A stretch of DNA of 64,000 nucleotides from an uncultured Planctomycetales bacterium (GCA_964474085.1 CAYYRJ010000008.1:23677-87676), one strand, 5' to 3'; positions 1-9,551 are shown, counted from the first letter of the stretch. Notes: a model not told the origin generated them from the sequence alone. Numbers and translations are program-made.

Positions 1-1
1 G

Positions 2-1729
2 TTACTTTCCTTGCAGGGAGTGGAAGGAAAAACATTCCGGCCTTTAGCCATTACGATTATGATCGCGATGTTTAGTTCATTGCTTTATGCGCTTCTTTTT
101 GTTCCGGCATTGAGTGTTCTTATTATGAAATTCAAGAAAGGTTCGTCATTATCATTCGGTGAACGGGTGATGAATACCATACAGAAGGTTTATAAGCCGC
201 CATTGGAATATTTTGTGAAGCGACGTAAATTGACGGTCATTGCGACCATTACCCTCGCTGTCCTCGGTGCGTTAACATTCCCTTTCCTGGGAACCGAATT
301 TACGCCGGAACTTCAGGAAGGCACTTTAGTCGTCCGTGCGACGATGGCACCCTCAATTTCATTAAATCAATCGCGTGACACCGCGCTTTTGATTGAACAA
401 CAGTTAATGAAATTTCCGGAGGTGACGCAAGTTGTAAGTAGAGTGGGGCGCGGTGAAGTTGGAGCCCATGCTGATCCGGTTAATAGTGCGGAAATGTTTG
501 TTACGCTGAAACCTAAAAAGGAATGGAAAACCGCCAAGACCCAAGAGGATTTATTTGAGGCTTTCAGTGAAAAGTTAGAAATATTTCCCGGCGTTAACTT
601 AGGCTTTACTCAGCCGATTGCTATGAGTATCGACGAACTGCTGGAAGGGATTCGTTCGGACTTAGCCATTAAGATATATGGTGAAGACCTTGCTAAGTTA
701 AAAGAAATTGCGGATCAAGTTGTCAACGTTATTAAAGAAGTTAAAGGCTCAGCGGACGTGCAGGCTGATCAAGTCTCAGGTTCGCCGCAATTAGTTATCA
801 CTCCTGATCCTCATAAAATAGCGCGTTATGGTTTGAGTATGGAGCAAGTTCAATCAACCATCCGGGCCGCTATCGGCGGGGAAACTGCTGGTCAGGTTTT
901 TGAAGGCGTTAAACGTTTTGATATTCTGGTGCGTTATCGGGAAGAGGATCGCGCCAGCAAAGATGATATTGCCCGATTGCTATTGTCTGCATCCAACGGT
1001 GTCGCAGTCCCGCTTTCTCAAGTCGCGGATATACGCGAAGTTGTCGGGCCACGGCAAATCACCAGAGAAAATAATCAGCGTTTTATTGTTGTTCAATGTA
1101 ATGTTCGCGGAAGAGATATGGGAAGTTTTGTTCAGGAAGGCCAAAAAGCCATTCAAAACAAAATCAAATTTCCTGCCGGATACATCGTCGAGTGGGGCGG
1201 ACAATTTGAACTTCAGCAGAAGGCGAACAAAAGGCTAGCTGTTGTCGTTCCAATTACGCTGGGATTAATTTTTCTTTTACTTTATTCCAGTTTCAATTCT
1301 ATTCCTAAGGCATTGTTGATTGTTTTGAATATTCCCTTGGCTTTAGTGGGCGGATTAATAGCCCTTTTTCTCTCCGGTGAGAACCTTTCTGTTCCTTCCT
1401 CTATCGGCTTTATTGCCCTTTTTGGGATTGCGGTAGGGAATGGTCTGGTTTTAGTTTCTCGAATCAGTCAACTACGGCTGGAAGGAAAAGAAATGATGGA
1501 CGCTGCCATTCAAGGCGGATGCGACAGGTTGCGGCCTGTGTTAATGACGGCGTTGTGCACCATGATCGGTTTGATTCCTCTGGTTTTTTCGCACGGAACA
1601 GGTTCAGAAGTTCAAAGGCCATTAGCGATTGTCGTTATTGGCGGACTGATTTCATCAACATTCTTGACGCTATTTGCCATTCCCGCGTTTTACGGATGGT
1701 TCGTTAAAGAAGAAGCGGTAGAATTCTAA
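2..1729 (+). CDS. Heavy-metal efflux RND transporter permease (CzcA/CusA family), C-terminal part. The 5' end is truncated by the window edge.
   Basis: Open frame from position 2 with no start codon. Translation shows AcrB/CzcA-type TM helices and a periplasmic domain; ends EEAVEF. Downstream genes are in a metal-resistance context. Confidence 0.8.
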   Translation, partial: LLSLQGVEGKTFRPLAITIMIAMFSSLLYALLFVPALSVLIMKFKKGSSLSFGERVMNTIQKVYKPPLEYFVKRRKLTVIATITLAVLGALTFPFLGTEFTPELQEGTLVVRATMAPSISLNQSRDTALLIEQQLMKFPEVTQVVSRVGRGEVGAHADPVNSAEMFVTLKPKKEWKTAKTQEDLFEAFSEKLEIFPGVNLGFTQPIAMSIDELLEGIRSDLAIKIYGEDLAKLKEIADQVVNVIKEVKGSADVQADQVSGSPQLVITPDPHKIARYGLSMEQVQSTIRAAIGGETAGQVFEGVKRFDILVRYREEDRASKDDIARLLLSASNGVAVPLSQVADIREVVGPRQITRENNQRFIVVQCNVRGRDMGSFVQEGQKAIQNKIKFPAGYIVEWGGQFELQQKANKRLAVVVPITLGLIFLLLYSSFNSIPKALLIVLNIPLALVGGLIALFLSGENLSVPSSIGFIALFGIAVGNGLVLVSRISQLRLEGKEMMDAAIQGGCDRLRPVLMTALCTMIGLIPLVFSHGTGSEVQRPLAIVVIGGLISSTFLTLFAIPAFYGWFVKEEAVEF

Positions 1730-1741
1730 AAGGAGGAACAC

Positions 1742-2080
1742 ATGAAAAAGATAGAAGCATATATTCAACCGTTTATGCTCAGTAAAGTTGTGAATGCCTT
1801 GCGCGCCATCCATATTCACGGGATGTCTGTTGTAGACGCTAAAGGGTTCGGCAAAGAAAAGGATGAGAGTTATCCGCACCATAATGTAGATCATTTGACG
1901 GACTTCACACCTAAGACAAGGATTGAAATTGTGTGTCTTGATGAGGATTATAAAAAAATAATAGAAGCTATTCGCCAATCTGCTCACACAGGACGTAAAG
2001 GAGATGGTAAAATATTCATCAGCAATTTGGAGCACGCTGTCAGCATTCGTAATGGCAAAGAAAATGAAGAGGCAATTTAA
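1742..2080 (+). CDS. P-II (GlnB-like fold) family protein, associated with the metal-efflux operon
   Basis: 112 aa, N-terminus MKKIEAYIQPFML typical of P-II-like proteins. RBS aaggagg upstream; immediately downstream of the RND pump. Confidence 0.55.
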   Translation: MKKIEAYIQPFMLSKVVNALRAIHIHGMSVVDAKGFGKEKDESYPHHNVDHLTDFTPKTRIEIVCLDEDYKKIIEAIRQSAHTGRKGDGKIFISNLEHAVSIRNGKENEEAI

Positions 2081-2186
2081 TTAACAAGGCTACTATGAGC
2101 GAAAATGGTAGTGCACTTTATAATTTATTTAATCAGAAAAAGAAAAAGTCAGGGAAAAGTAACGCTTCAGTAGAGGGGGTATAAAT

Positions 2187-2603
2187 ATGAGAAAGAATGC
2201 TATTGTTTGTGCAGTATTAAGTATTATAGTTTTCTCAGGTTGCCAAACTTTGGGCATGAAATTCAATGATGAGCATACAAAAGCACACAATGTTGAAATT
2301 CAAGTTGATCAAAAATTGAATAAATACATGAAAGGTGTAAGTTTGAGCCATCGGCTTTATGACGGAAAGGCTTTTCTGGCTTTAAGCGGTTCTTTGCAAA
2401 GACCTATTGGATCTTTCACGTCTTTATTAAAAGTTAATGCGAAGTTTTATGACGAGAATGGCCAAGTTGTGGCAGAGTCAAATGACAATGTACGTTTTAG
2501 TCGCATGGGATCGCGAACACATCGCCGCTATAAAGGTTCATTATTCTTAAAGATCGAGGATAATGTGACAATAAAGAAATGTGTTTTAGAGGTGACTGCG
2601 TAA
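2187..2603 (+). CDS. Hypothetical lipoprotein
   Basis: Signal peptide with lipobox-like FSGC; RBS gagggggt; no recognisable domain. Confidence 0.45.
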   Translation: MRKNAIVCAVLSIIVFSGCQTLGMKFNDEHTKAHNVEIQVDQKLNKYMKGVSLSHRLYDGKAFLALSGSLQRPIGSFTSLLKVNAKFYDENGQVVAESNDNVRFSRMGSRTHRRYKGSLFLKIEDNVTIKKCVLEVTA

Positions 2604-2636
2604 ACTAAACAATTAACCAATAAGAGGAGAATGTAA

Positions 2637-2930
2637 ATGAAAAAGAAAGCAATCGTTTTTAGTATGGCAATTTTATTATTCAGTTCTATCAGTTTTGTAT
2701 TTGCTCAAGAGCAAGTAAGCAATGAGAATGTTGTCAAGATTTGTCCAATCTGCGGCCCTGAAGCAAACATGATGGGCAAAGACGATATCGCCTTTGAATA
2801 TGAAGGAAAAACGTATCACTTTTGCAGTCAAGATTGTTTAAAAGCGTTCAAAAAAGATCCTGAAAAATTTGCTAAGAAAATGGATGAGGGAATGAATGTC
2901 GAATCGCACGAAGGGCATGATCATAAATAA
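2637..2930 (+). CDS. YHS/TRASH-domain metal-binding protein with signal peptide
   Basis: Motif CPICGPE...YHFCSQDCLKAFKKDPEKF is typical of YHS domains found next to P-type ATPases. His-rich C-terminus HEGHDHK. Confidence 0.6.
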   Translation: MKKKAIVFSMAILLFSSISFVFAQEQVSNENVVKICPICGPEANMMGKDDIAFEYEGKTYHFCSQDCLKAFKKDPEKFAKKMDEGMNVESHEGHDHK

Positions 2931-2942
2931 TCGAGAGTCAAA

Positions 2943-4844
2943 ATGACTGAACATCAAAATCAATGCGCTACTTGTAATCATAATGATACAAGGCAGGAGT
3001 TTGATGTAACAAAGAATGTATTTCTGATTGCCGTATCTTTGATTCTATTTGTTTGCGGTTTGATTTTTAATCGTCAGTTGCATGAAACGCCCGCTTTTGA
3101 ATATGGACTCTTTCTTTTTGTCTATTTCCTAAGCGGGCGTTTTGTTTTATTAAATGCTTTCCGTAATATTATTCGTGGCCGCATTTTTGATGAAAATTTT
3201 TTGATGAGTATTGCGACCATTGGTGCAATTGCAATTCATCAGCTGCCTGAAGCAGTCGCGGTGATGATTTTCTATCAGGTGGGGGAGTTCTTTCAAGAAA
3301 TCGCACTTAACCGATCTAGACGTTCCATCAAGGCTCTTCTTGAATTAAGGCCGGATTACGCGAATTTAAAACTCAATGGTGAATTTAAAAGAATTTCGCC
3401 TCAAGAGGTTAAAATTGACCAATTGATTGTGATTAAGCCTGGGGAAAAAATCCCTCTGGATGGAGTAGTCATAGAAGGTAGTTCGCAATTAGATACTTCA
3501 GCTTTGACTGGAGAATCTATACCTAGAACAATCAAGTCCGGCGAGGTAGTTTTGGCTGGGATGATTAATAAAACCGGCCTTCTTACCGTCAAAGTTACAA
3601 AGTCATTTGGAGAATCATCTATCTCAAGAATTTTGGAATTGGTTGAGAATGCCAGTAGCAAAAAAGCTGAGACTGAGAAATTTATTACTAAAATTTCGGC
3701 TTATTACACACCCGTTGTCGTTCTGATCGCTTTATTAATTGCTGTCGTTCCACCGCTGATTCTTGCTGGTCAAAGCTTCGACACATGGATTTACCGTGCG
3801 CTGGTTATTTTGGTTATTTCTTGTCCATGCGCGTTAGTGATAAGTATTCCATTGGGTTATTTTGGCGGTATCGGGGGAGCGGCTCGCAGGGGTGTCTTGA
3901 TTAAAGGTTCTAATTTCCTAGACGTTCTTACAGAGATCAAGACAATTGTATTTGATAAGACGGGAACGCTTACTAAAGGTGTTTTTAAAGTAACAGAGGT
4001 TATCGTAAGGAATGGATTTAATCAAAATGAGATCCTTGAATTCACTGCAATAGCTGAATCACAATCCAATCATCCAATTTCTAAATCGATTGTGGAGTCT
4101 TACGGGAAAAGAATTGATTTGTCAGAAGTTTCGGGATTTCAGGAAATATCCGGGCATGGGATTAAAGCTATAGTTCGCGGGAAAGAAGTCATTGCCGGAA
4201 ATGATCGTTTGCTTCACGCCGAGAATATTGAACATGATGTCTGCGAAGTTGTCGGAACTGTTGTTCATGTTGCTATTGATGGACGTTACTGTGGATATAT
4301 CGTCATTTCGGATGAGCTTAAGGATGATGCAGTTCAAGCAATCGAGTCACTAAGAAATGCTGGGATCGAAAAGATTGTTATGTTGACCGGAGATAACAAA
4401 TTCTCAGCGGGAGCAATCGCTAAACGGTTAAACATAGATTCATTTTATGCGGAATTGCTTCCAGAAGATAAGGTCAAGCACTTAGAGGAGATTCAAAAAT
4501 CTCAAGGACATAAAGTTGCTTTTGTTGGAGATGGCATAAACGATGCCCCAGTTTTAGCTCGAGCGGATGTCGGCATAGCGATGGGTGCTTTGGGTTCAGA
4601 TGTTGCGGTCGAAACGGCAGATATTGTCATTATGGCCGATTCTGTTTCTAAAATTGTGACGGCAATTGATATGGCTAAAAGAACCCGTCAAATAATTTGG
4701 CAGAATATATGGCTTGCTTTGGTTGTTAAATCAGTCTTTATTATTTTAGGAAGTTTTGGAGTGGCAACGATGTGGGAAGCTGTGTTCGCGGATATGGGCG
4801 TTGCCCTGCTGTCTATTCTGAATGCAACCCGGCTGTTAAAATAA
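2943..4844 (+). CDS. Heavy-metal translocating P1B-type ATPase (Cd/Zn/Pb-like)
   Basis: CPC motif (SCPCALV), TGES, DKTGTLT, GDGINDAP and MVGDGINDAP-type motifs, and an N-terminal Cys/His metal-binding region. Confidence 0.9.
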   Translation: MTEHQNQCATCNHNDTRQEFDVTKNVFLIAVSLILFVCGLIFNRQLHETPAFEYGLFLFVYFLSGRFVLLNAFRNIIRGRIFDENFLMSIATIGAIAIHQLPEAVAVMIFYQVGEFFQEIALNRSRRSIKALLELRPDYANLKLNGEFKRISPQEVKIDQLIVIKPGEKIPLDGVVIEGSSQLDTSALTGESIPRTIKSGEVVLAGMINKTGLLTVKVTKSFGESSISRILELVENASSKKAETEKFITKISAYYTPVVVLIALLIAVVPPLILAGQSFDTWIYRALVILVISCPCALVISIPLGYFGGIGGAARRGVLIKGSNFLDVLTEIKTIVFDKTGTLTKGVFKVTEVIVRNGFNQNEILEFTAIAESQSNHPISKSIVESYGKRIDLSEVSGFQEISGHGIKAIVRGKEVIAGNDRLLHAENIEHDVCEVVGTVVHVAIDGRYCGYIVISDELKDDAVQAIESLRNAGIEKIVMLTGDNKFSAGAIAKRLNIDSFYAELLPEDKVKHLEEIQKSQGHKVAFVGDGINDAPVLARADVGIAMGALGSDVAVETADIVIMADSVSKIVTAIDMAKRTRQIIWQNIWLALVVKSVFIILGSFGVATMWEAVFADMGVALLSILNATRLLK

Positions 4845-4863
4845 TGGCACAAATCCGGCACAA
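4845..4863 (+). repeat. TGGCACAAATCCGGCACA repeat unit (sigma-54-like TGGCAC-N5-nGGCA). A second copy lies at 5073-5107.
   Basis: 19-nt direct repeat (1 mismatch) on both sides of the orphan tRNA fragment. Matches the -24/-12 sigma-54 spacing. Confidence 0.35.
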
Positions 4864-4930
4864 GAATTTTTGAGGTTTTATAAGTTTAGTTATTTGAAGA
4901 GGTTGTGTAGGAGCCTAGTTCTCTCATAAC

Positions 4931-4967
4931 CTGAAGGTCACAGGTTCAAATCCTGTCCCCGCAACCA
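4931..4967 (+). pseudogene. Orphan tRNA 3' half (T-arm, 3' acceptor strand, discriminator and CCA) with no 5' half
   Basis: acagg-TTCAAAT-cctgt T-arm followed by ccccgca-a-CCA. The complementary 5' acceptor tgcgggg is not present upstream. Confidence 0.5.
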
Positions 4968-4973
4968 AATAAA

Positions 4974-5005
4974 AACCCAGTTTCCGACGAGGATTCTGGG
5001 TTTTT
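4974..5005 (+). terminator. Putative rho-independent terminator
   Basis: aacccag ... ctgggtt stem followed by a T-run, immediately after the tRNA fragment. Confidence 0.35.
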
Positions 5006-5072
5006 GTTTGCCTTGTGCAAATCTTCAATTACTGCCAATTTTGATGAATTTGGGCCATTTTTGATGTAAAGT

Positions 5073-5107
5073 TGGCACAAATCTGGCACATTTTTGGCAC
5101 ATCAAAA
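5073..5107 (+). promoter_or_regulatory. Three tandem TGGCACA boxes (sigma-54-like -24/-12 element) about 100 bp upstream of the island cargo gene
   Basis: tggcacaaatctggcacatttttggcacatc. Boxes are spaced 11-12 bp apart. The first two form TGGCAC-N5-TGGCA. Confidence 0.35.
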
Positions 5108-5208
5108 TCCCCCCTTTGACACCCCATAGTTGCTCGGTCGAAATAATAGCGTGAAAAAGATAAGAGTGTTAAAATAGAAAATTATTATTAATCCCTTTTT
5201 GGGTTTTT

Positions 5209-7845
5209 ATGAGAGACGCAGATAAAAAAATTAAAGAAGCAATTTCAATGGGTGAAAGAAATTTAGAGCTAATTAAATTGGCTCAGAATTTTTGTGCTCA
5301 TATGAGATTGGAAAAAGCGAGAATGGGTGGTACTGGCATCGTTGAACAAATGACCGGGCTGCCAATTGGATCAATGTCTTGTGGTTGCAAATATGCACGT
5401 GCCAACGGTTTTAGTGGCGGGGATACTGAAACGATCGCTATAGATTTTTACGACAGGAATTGTGTTGATTGTGATAAGCGATCTCCTGTAGGCATACCAA
5501 ATTTATTAAACTTAATTGAGGAAAAAAAGAAAAACGAATTAGAACGAAAAAGACAACAAGAGACGCAACAAGCAATATATGAAAAAACTAAGGCTGTTGA
5601 ATTAGAGGCGCGAAGAATCGAAAGGTCTAAGCTGCGTAATGATGACCTCTCGAGGAACTCAATCCTTGATCTTATTGATAAAATAGATGGAGGTTCCCAT
5701 GAAGATGCTGATAAATTAATTGAAACAGCAAAGATAGCACCAGATAAATTTGATTTGGATATTCAAAATGCTCTTTTTAGTCTCATAGATGGTGGGAATT
5801 TCTCTAATGTCGAGTCGGCCATAGAAACACTTACAATAATTGCGAATAATGGCCAATCGATTAATACGGATACAAGAGTAAACTTCAGTTGCAATGAACG
5901 GGAATTGATAGATATTGATCGATTAGTAGTTTCCTCGCTCAAAGCTCTGGATAGAGGTTCAGGGCATAACGAGGCAGCTACAGCAGTTGAATTTTGGCTC
6001 GATAAAAAACATGAAGTATATATAACCGACGATGTAATTGAAGGATTAATCCGCATCGCTTACCCTGCAAGAGAACCACTCTCATTTAGCGCCACTGTTT
6101 ATAGGCCTAGCCCTTTGCAAAGAATATATGATATTTTTCCAGAAAAAGTTTTAGCTACTGTAAGAAAGCTTTTAGCAATCGATGAGAAATGGATTAGAGT
6201 TTCGGCTGCAGGAGCTGCTCGATATATCATAGAAAAAGATGCTCAGTTTGGAATCAATATAGCCGAAACTTTATTGGATTCGTTAGACTTATCCGATGAT
6301 ATGTACGACGGTGGATCTGCTCGAGTAGCTGCCATGCATACTCTGGGAAAAGCTCTTAGTGAAGCGCCAAATGAAATTGATAAGTTCATCCAGGGAAAAA
6401 TTGAAAAAATATCCTCTCATTTAAGAGGGGATATTTTTTATGCATATGATGCGATCTTCCGAGAAGACAGGCGTGGAAAAAAGAGAGAGCTTCCAGAAAA
6501 TCTAAGAAATTTGGTCATCAAAAGACTTTTGGAAACTCTAATACTCAAACCGGATGATGAAAGACTTGAAAAAGCAACGGATATATTGCAAGGATTTGAA
6601 TATGGCCATATGGAATATCTCATCGGCCATGAAGATTTACTTTTGGGAGCGGCTGCACAAATAGCTGCGGAGTTAGACAATCCATATAGCTTGCTTACTG
6701 ATCCTCGGCCAGATTCAATCAAGATGATGGAGTCGACTACGAGACGTATCCATCTTCAATCTGCGTTGGAAGTTATCATGAAGCATGTTGGCTATTTGGG
6801 GAAGATTCGACCTCTTACGATAGGTAATCAAGTCGTCGAGTGTATAAATAATTTAAAGGAGCACAGCGGCCATTTAAAAAGCGCGCTCATTTCTACACTC
6901 GGATATATTGGATCTAGCGCTCAAGGATTGCCTTTGGTCTTACCAAGTCTTAGTTCTGGATTCAGTGATTCCAATTCTTTAGTTCGTTCTTGCGCGGTTG
7001 AATCGTACGGTAATCTTACTTCCCATAAGTCAGTAAGTTTACCATCCTCTTTACATGAATTATTTTGTGCATCTCTTAGCGATCCCTATGTCTTGGTACA
7101 TACGCGAGCCGTTGAGGTATTGCGAAAGTCCCGCCTCCCAGAGGAATATGTTCCTTTAATAAGGAATAAGTTAATCCTTCTAATGTTGGTTTATCGCCAA
7201 GAAAAGAATGGTGCAGATTTTCTAGCAAGATGCATTGATGAACTATTGAATTTAACTGACAGATTCCAACTTGTTGAATCGAAGCTTGCTAATTTTGTTT
7301 TAGGGATAATGCCTCTTATTTCCCCGTATGAGAGGGTTAAAACGTTCATTTTTCATCGCCATCAATTAAAGGAAGCGGAGAAATATTCAGAGCAAGTCGC
7401 AACTTTATTAAATGAAGAGTATCTTTATGGTTTAAACATAGGTGAAGCTATGGAGCTTGTTGGTGAATTACCTGTTGCAGAGGTGTTACGGATCAGGTCC
7501 ATTCTTAAAGATGCAGCTAAGAAATTGATTAGCAATAATCTGTACGGCTATTCTTTGGAAATAATTGAGTTGTTATCAATTGCTTATTGCTGGGATGCGG
7601 CCCACGAGGTGGTTGAATTTTTTGTTAATTCCATTGAAGACACGACAGAAAATAAACCTTTGAGGTTGAAGGCTCTGGCTTATCAGTCCGCCGTAGGACT
7701 AGAAGTAGCAATATTATCCAAAGATGATGCAAAAGCGGAATATTATCGTAAGACGTGGAAAGAAAATCTAATAAAAATACAAAAAGACAATGAGACAAAC
7801 GCAGACAGAAGAAGTTTTTTTAGAGGCATACGATTGCCGCGTTAA
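5209..7845 (+). CDS. Large uncharacterised protein (878 aa) with an N-terminal Cys cluster and HEAT/ARM-like repeats; island cargo
   Basis: Long ORF; Cys motif CGC...CVDC; repeated VRxxAxExL-like helical repeats; AT-rich codon usage. Confidence 0.7.
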   Translation: MRDADKKIKEAISMGERNLELIKLAQNFCAHMRLEKARMGGTGIVEQMTGLPIGSMSCGCKYARANGFSGGDTETIAIDFYDRNCVDCDKRSPVGIPNLLNLIEEKKKNELERKRQQETQQAIYEKTKAVELEARRIERSKLRNDDLSRNSILDLIDKIDGGSHEDADKLIETAKIAPDKFDLDIQNALFSLIDGGNFSNVESAIETLTIIANNGQSINTDTRVNFSCNERELIDIDRLVVSSLKALDRGSGHNEAATAVEFWLDKKHEVYITDDVIEGLIRIAYPAREPLSFSATVYRPSPLQRIYDIFPEKVLATVRKLLAIDEKWIRVSAAGAARYIIEKDAQFGINIAETLLDSLDLSDDMYDGGSARVAAMHTLGKALSEAPNEIDKFIQGKIEKISSHLRGDIFYAYDAIFREDRRGKKRELPENLRNLVIKRLLETLILKPDDERLEKATDILQGFEYGHMEYLIGHEDLLLGAAAQIAAELDNPYSLLTDPRPDSIKMMESTTRRIHLQSALEVIMKHVGYLGKIRPLTIGNQVVECINNLKEHSGHLKSALISTLGYIGSSAQGLPLVLPSLSSGFSDSNSLVRSCAVESYGNLTSHKSVSLPSSLHELFCASLSDPYVLVHTRAVEVLRKSRLPEEYVPLIRNKLILLMLVYRQEKNGADFLARCIDELLNLTDRFQLVESKLANFVLGIMPLISPYERVKTFIFHRHQLKEAEKYSEQVATLLNEEYLYGLNIGEAMELVGELPVAEVLRIRSILKDAAKKLISNNLYGYSLEIIELLSIAYCWDAAHEVVEFFVNSIEDTTENKPLRLKALAYQSAVGLEVAILSKDDAKAEYYRKTWKENLIKIQKDNETNADRRSFFRGIRLPR

Positions 7846-7867
7846 TATTATTAACGGTATAGCTGAT

Positions 7868-9250
7868 ATGAAAAGCGTTGGGGAAAAGTGTTCCGCGCTT
7901 AATAATATCAAGTCTGATATCGATAAAATTATTGAGCTATTAGGCAATAATTATGTGAAGGAGTTTTATTTAATTTTTAAGAGTTTATTTACTGCCTATG
8001 AATTTCTAACGCAATGGGAAGAAGCTGTAAAGAATGCCGCTGAGAATTCAGGTCGATTTCACGAAGCGTATAAATATCACATCAAAGAAGCATTTAAGAA
8101 AATTAATGGGTTAGAACCTAATAAAGATTTGGTTAATGCAGCTAGCGGCATGGACAATATTGTTGTAACCGATGATATCGGGAAAGCCTTAAAATCTTTA
8201 TCCGCTATCCCGTTGCCTTTACCAATTCATTGGGAAGAGGATCCGGAGTTAAAAAAACATTATCTACAAGAAACAAAAAATGCAAAACGAGAGCCGATGA
8301 TAACGGCATTCTTAAATTTTAAGATTAATAATGAAAACCTTCAAGATCCACACCTTATCGATCCAAATACTTTATACGATTTAAATTTAGAAGTCCGAAT
8401 AAACAGATGGCCGGGAAATTCAGAGAAGCTGGTAATTCAGCCATTATCAGATGTCACAGGAGAGAATTATCAAATGCCAACATTTGAAATATCAAAGAAT
8501 GAAAAGAATAAGACTTATCACGTCTCGGGAAGAATGGCGATAAAGATTGGGCAAACATTTGAATCGCAACCGTTAGAGTTTGTATATCAGGCATATATTT
8601 TGCCAGGACAAGAAGTTATCGCTGTTACAGGAAATAACCGGATAAATGTGAGGAGTAATTCTGAAGGCAAGCTCATAATATCTGGATATTACGAGGCAGA
8701 TAAAGTATTAATGACAGTAAGATCAAAAATAACGAAAGAAGCAGGCATCACTTCTGAGCAAAGAATCAACTTTTTGCTAGTGATGAAGCATCTCGCTAAT
8801 ATAGCTGGACAAGCATTAGCATCTAATGATTTCCCGGACGTTTGGGCTGAGAAAGACTTTCAGACGGAGATCAGGAAGCGATTGCGCGCTGTTCCTGAAA
8901 TAGGAAGTCAATTGCTTGAGCATCCTAATGTCGCGGCTGGTATACCAGATTTGTTTTTCAAAAAACTGCAAATAGAACTGAAAACCCAGAACGAAAAGAT
9001 AGTCACTTTAGATAATGCTCAATCATTTTCGCAACAGGGAGCTCAATATGTGGCAGGATCGGATAATCGTTTAGGAATTATTTGTATTCTGGATTGTTCT
9101 GACAAGAAGCTGGCTCCGGGATCATTAATGAATGACATTGGATTGATTTCTGTTCCAGTGCCAGGAATTATTCAGGGTGGTTTTCCTTTGATATTGGGTG
9201 TGGTAATAATTCGAGGTAATCTGGGGAAGCCCAGCTCATTTAGTAAGTAA
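7868..9250 (+). CDS. Uncharacterised protein (about 460 aa) with a C-terminal PD-(D/E)xK-like motif; island cargo
   Basis: ORF 7790-9250; the likely start is ATG 7868, which avoids overlap with the upstream gene. Motif GIPDLFFKKLQIELK near the C-terminus. Confidence 0.6.
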   Translation: MKSVGEKCSALNNIKSDIDKIIELLGNNYVKEFYLIFKSLFTAYEFLTQWEEAVKNAAENSGRFHEAYKYHIKEAFKKINGLEPNKDLVNAASGMDNIVVTDDIGKALKSLSAIPLPLPIHWEEDPELKKHYLQETKNAKREPMITAFLNFKINNENLQDPHLIDPNTLYDLNLEVRINRWPGNSEKLVIQPLSDVTGENYQMPTFEISKNEKNKTYHVSGRMAIKIGQTFESQPLEFVYQAYILPGQEVIAVTGNNRINVRSNSEGKLIISGYYEADKVLMTVRSKITKEAGITSEQRINFLLVMKHLANIAGQALASNDFPDVWAEKDFQTEIRKRLRAVPEIGSQLLEHPNVAAGIPDLFFKKLQIELKTQNEKIVTLDNAQSFSQQGAQYVAGSDNRLGIICILDCSDKKLAPGSLMNDIGLISVPVPGIIQGGFPLILGVVIIRGNLGKPSSFSK

Positions 9251-9251
9251 C

Positions 9252-9479
9252 TTAAGGTAGAAAGAATTTTGTAGGCTTTTTATATATCTTGGCTAGTTCT
9301 TGGAGTTGTACGAGGTCAATTCGACGTTGGCCGGATTCGATTTTAGAAATATAAGATTGGGTTCGCCCCAGTTTATCCGCAGCATCTTCCTGCCGCAATT
9401 TTGCTTCCTCGCGGGCTTTGATCAGTAGTCCAACCAAGCGCTGATGTTCTTTGGAGTAAATGGTTTTCTTTGCAGGCAT
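9252..9479 (-). CDS. XRE-family HTH transcriptional regulator (cI/Cro-like)
   Basis: 75 aa; Q-x-x-L-A-x-x-L-G-x-x-Q-S-Y-I-S-K-I-E HTH signature. Confidence 0.7.
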   Translation of the reverse strand: MPAKKTIYSKEHQRLVGLLIKAREEAKLRQEDAADKLGRTQSYISKIESGQRRIDLVQLQELAKIYKKPTKFFLP

Positions 9480-9510
9480 AAGTATTGTCTTCCCCTATAA
9501 AAAATGATAT

Positions 9511-9540
9511 ATTCCATTATGTAATATGCCAAAATGGAAT
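9511..9540 (+). promoter_or_regulatory. Palindromic operator ATTCCATT-N14-AATGGAAT in the divergent region between the XRE gene and the lipoprotein gene
   Basis: Perfect 8-bp inverted repeats read directly in the sequence. Confidence 0.45.
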
Positions 9541-9551
9541 ATGGAGGCATC

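Noticed and set aside
4890-4967. Reading the tRNA-like sequence as a complete tRNA gene
   Set aside because: No 5' acceptor strand complementary to ccccgca (tgcgggg or a wobble variant) exists within 90 nt upstream. The best candidate gives a 64-nt molecule with 2 mismatches and no D-arm.
4845-5107. TGGCACA repeats as a CRISPR-like array
   Set aside because: Only 2-3 short (7-nt) units with irregular 11-12-nt spacing and no cas genes. A promoter or binding-site interpretation is more plausible.
7790-7867. 5' extension of the second cargo ORF overlapping the first by 56 nt
   Set aside because: The internal ATG at 7868 gives a non-overlapping start directly after the upstream stop. The extension is probably out-of-frame read-through of the upstream gene end.
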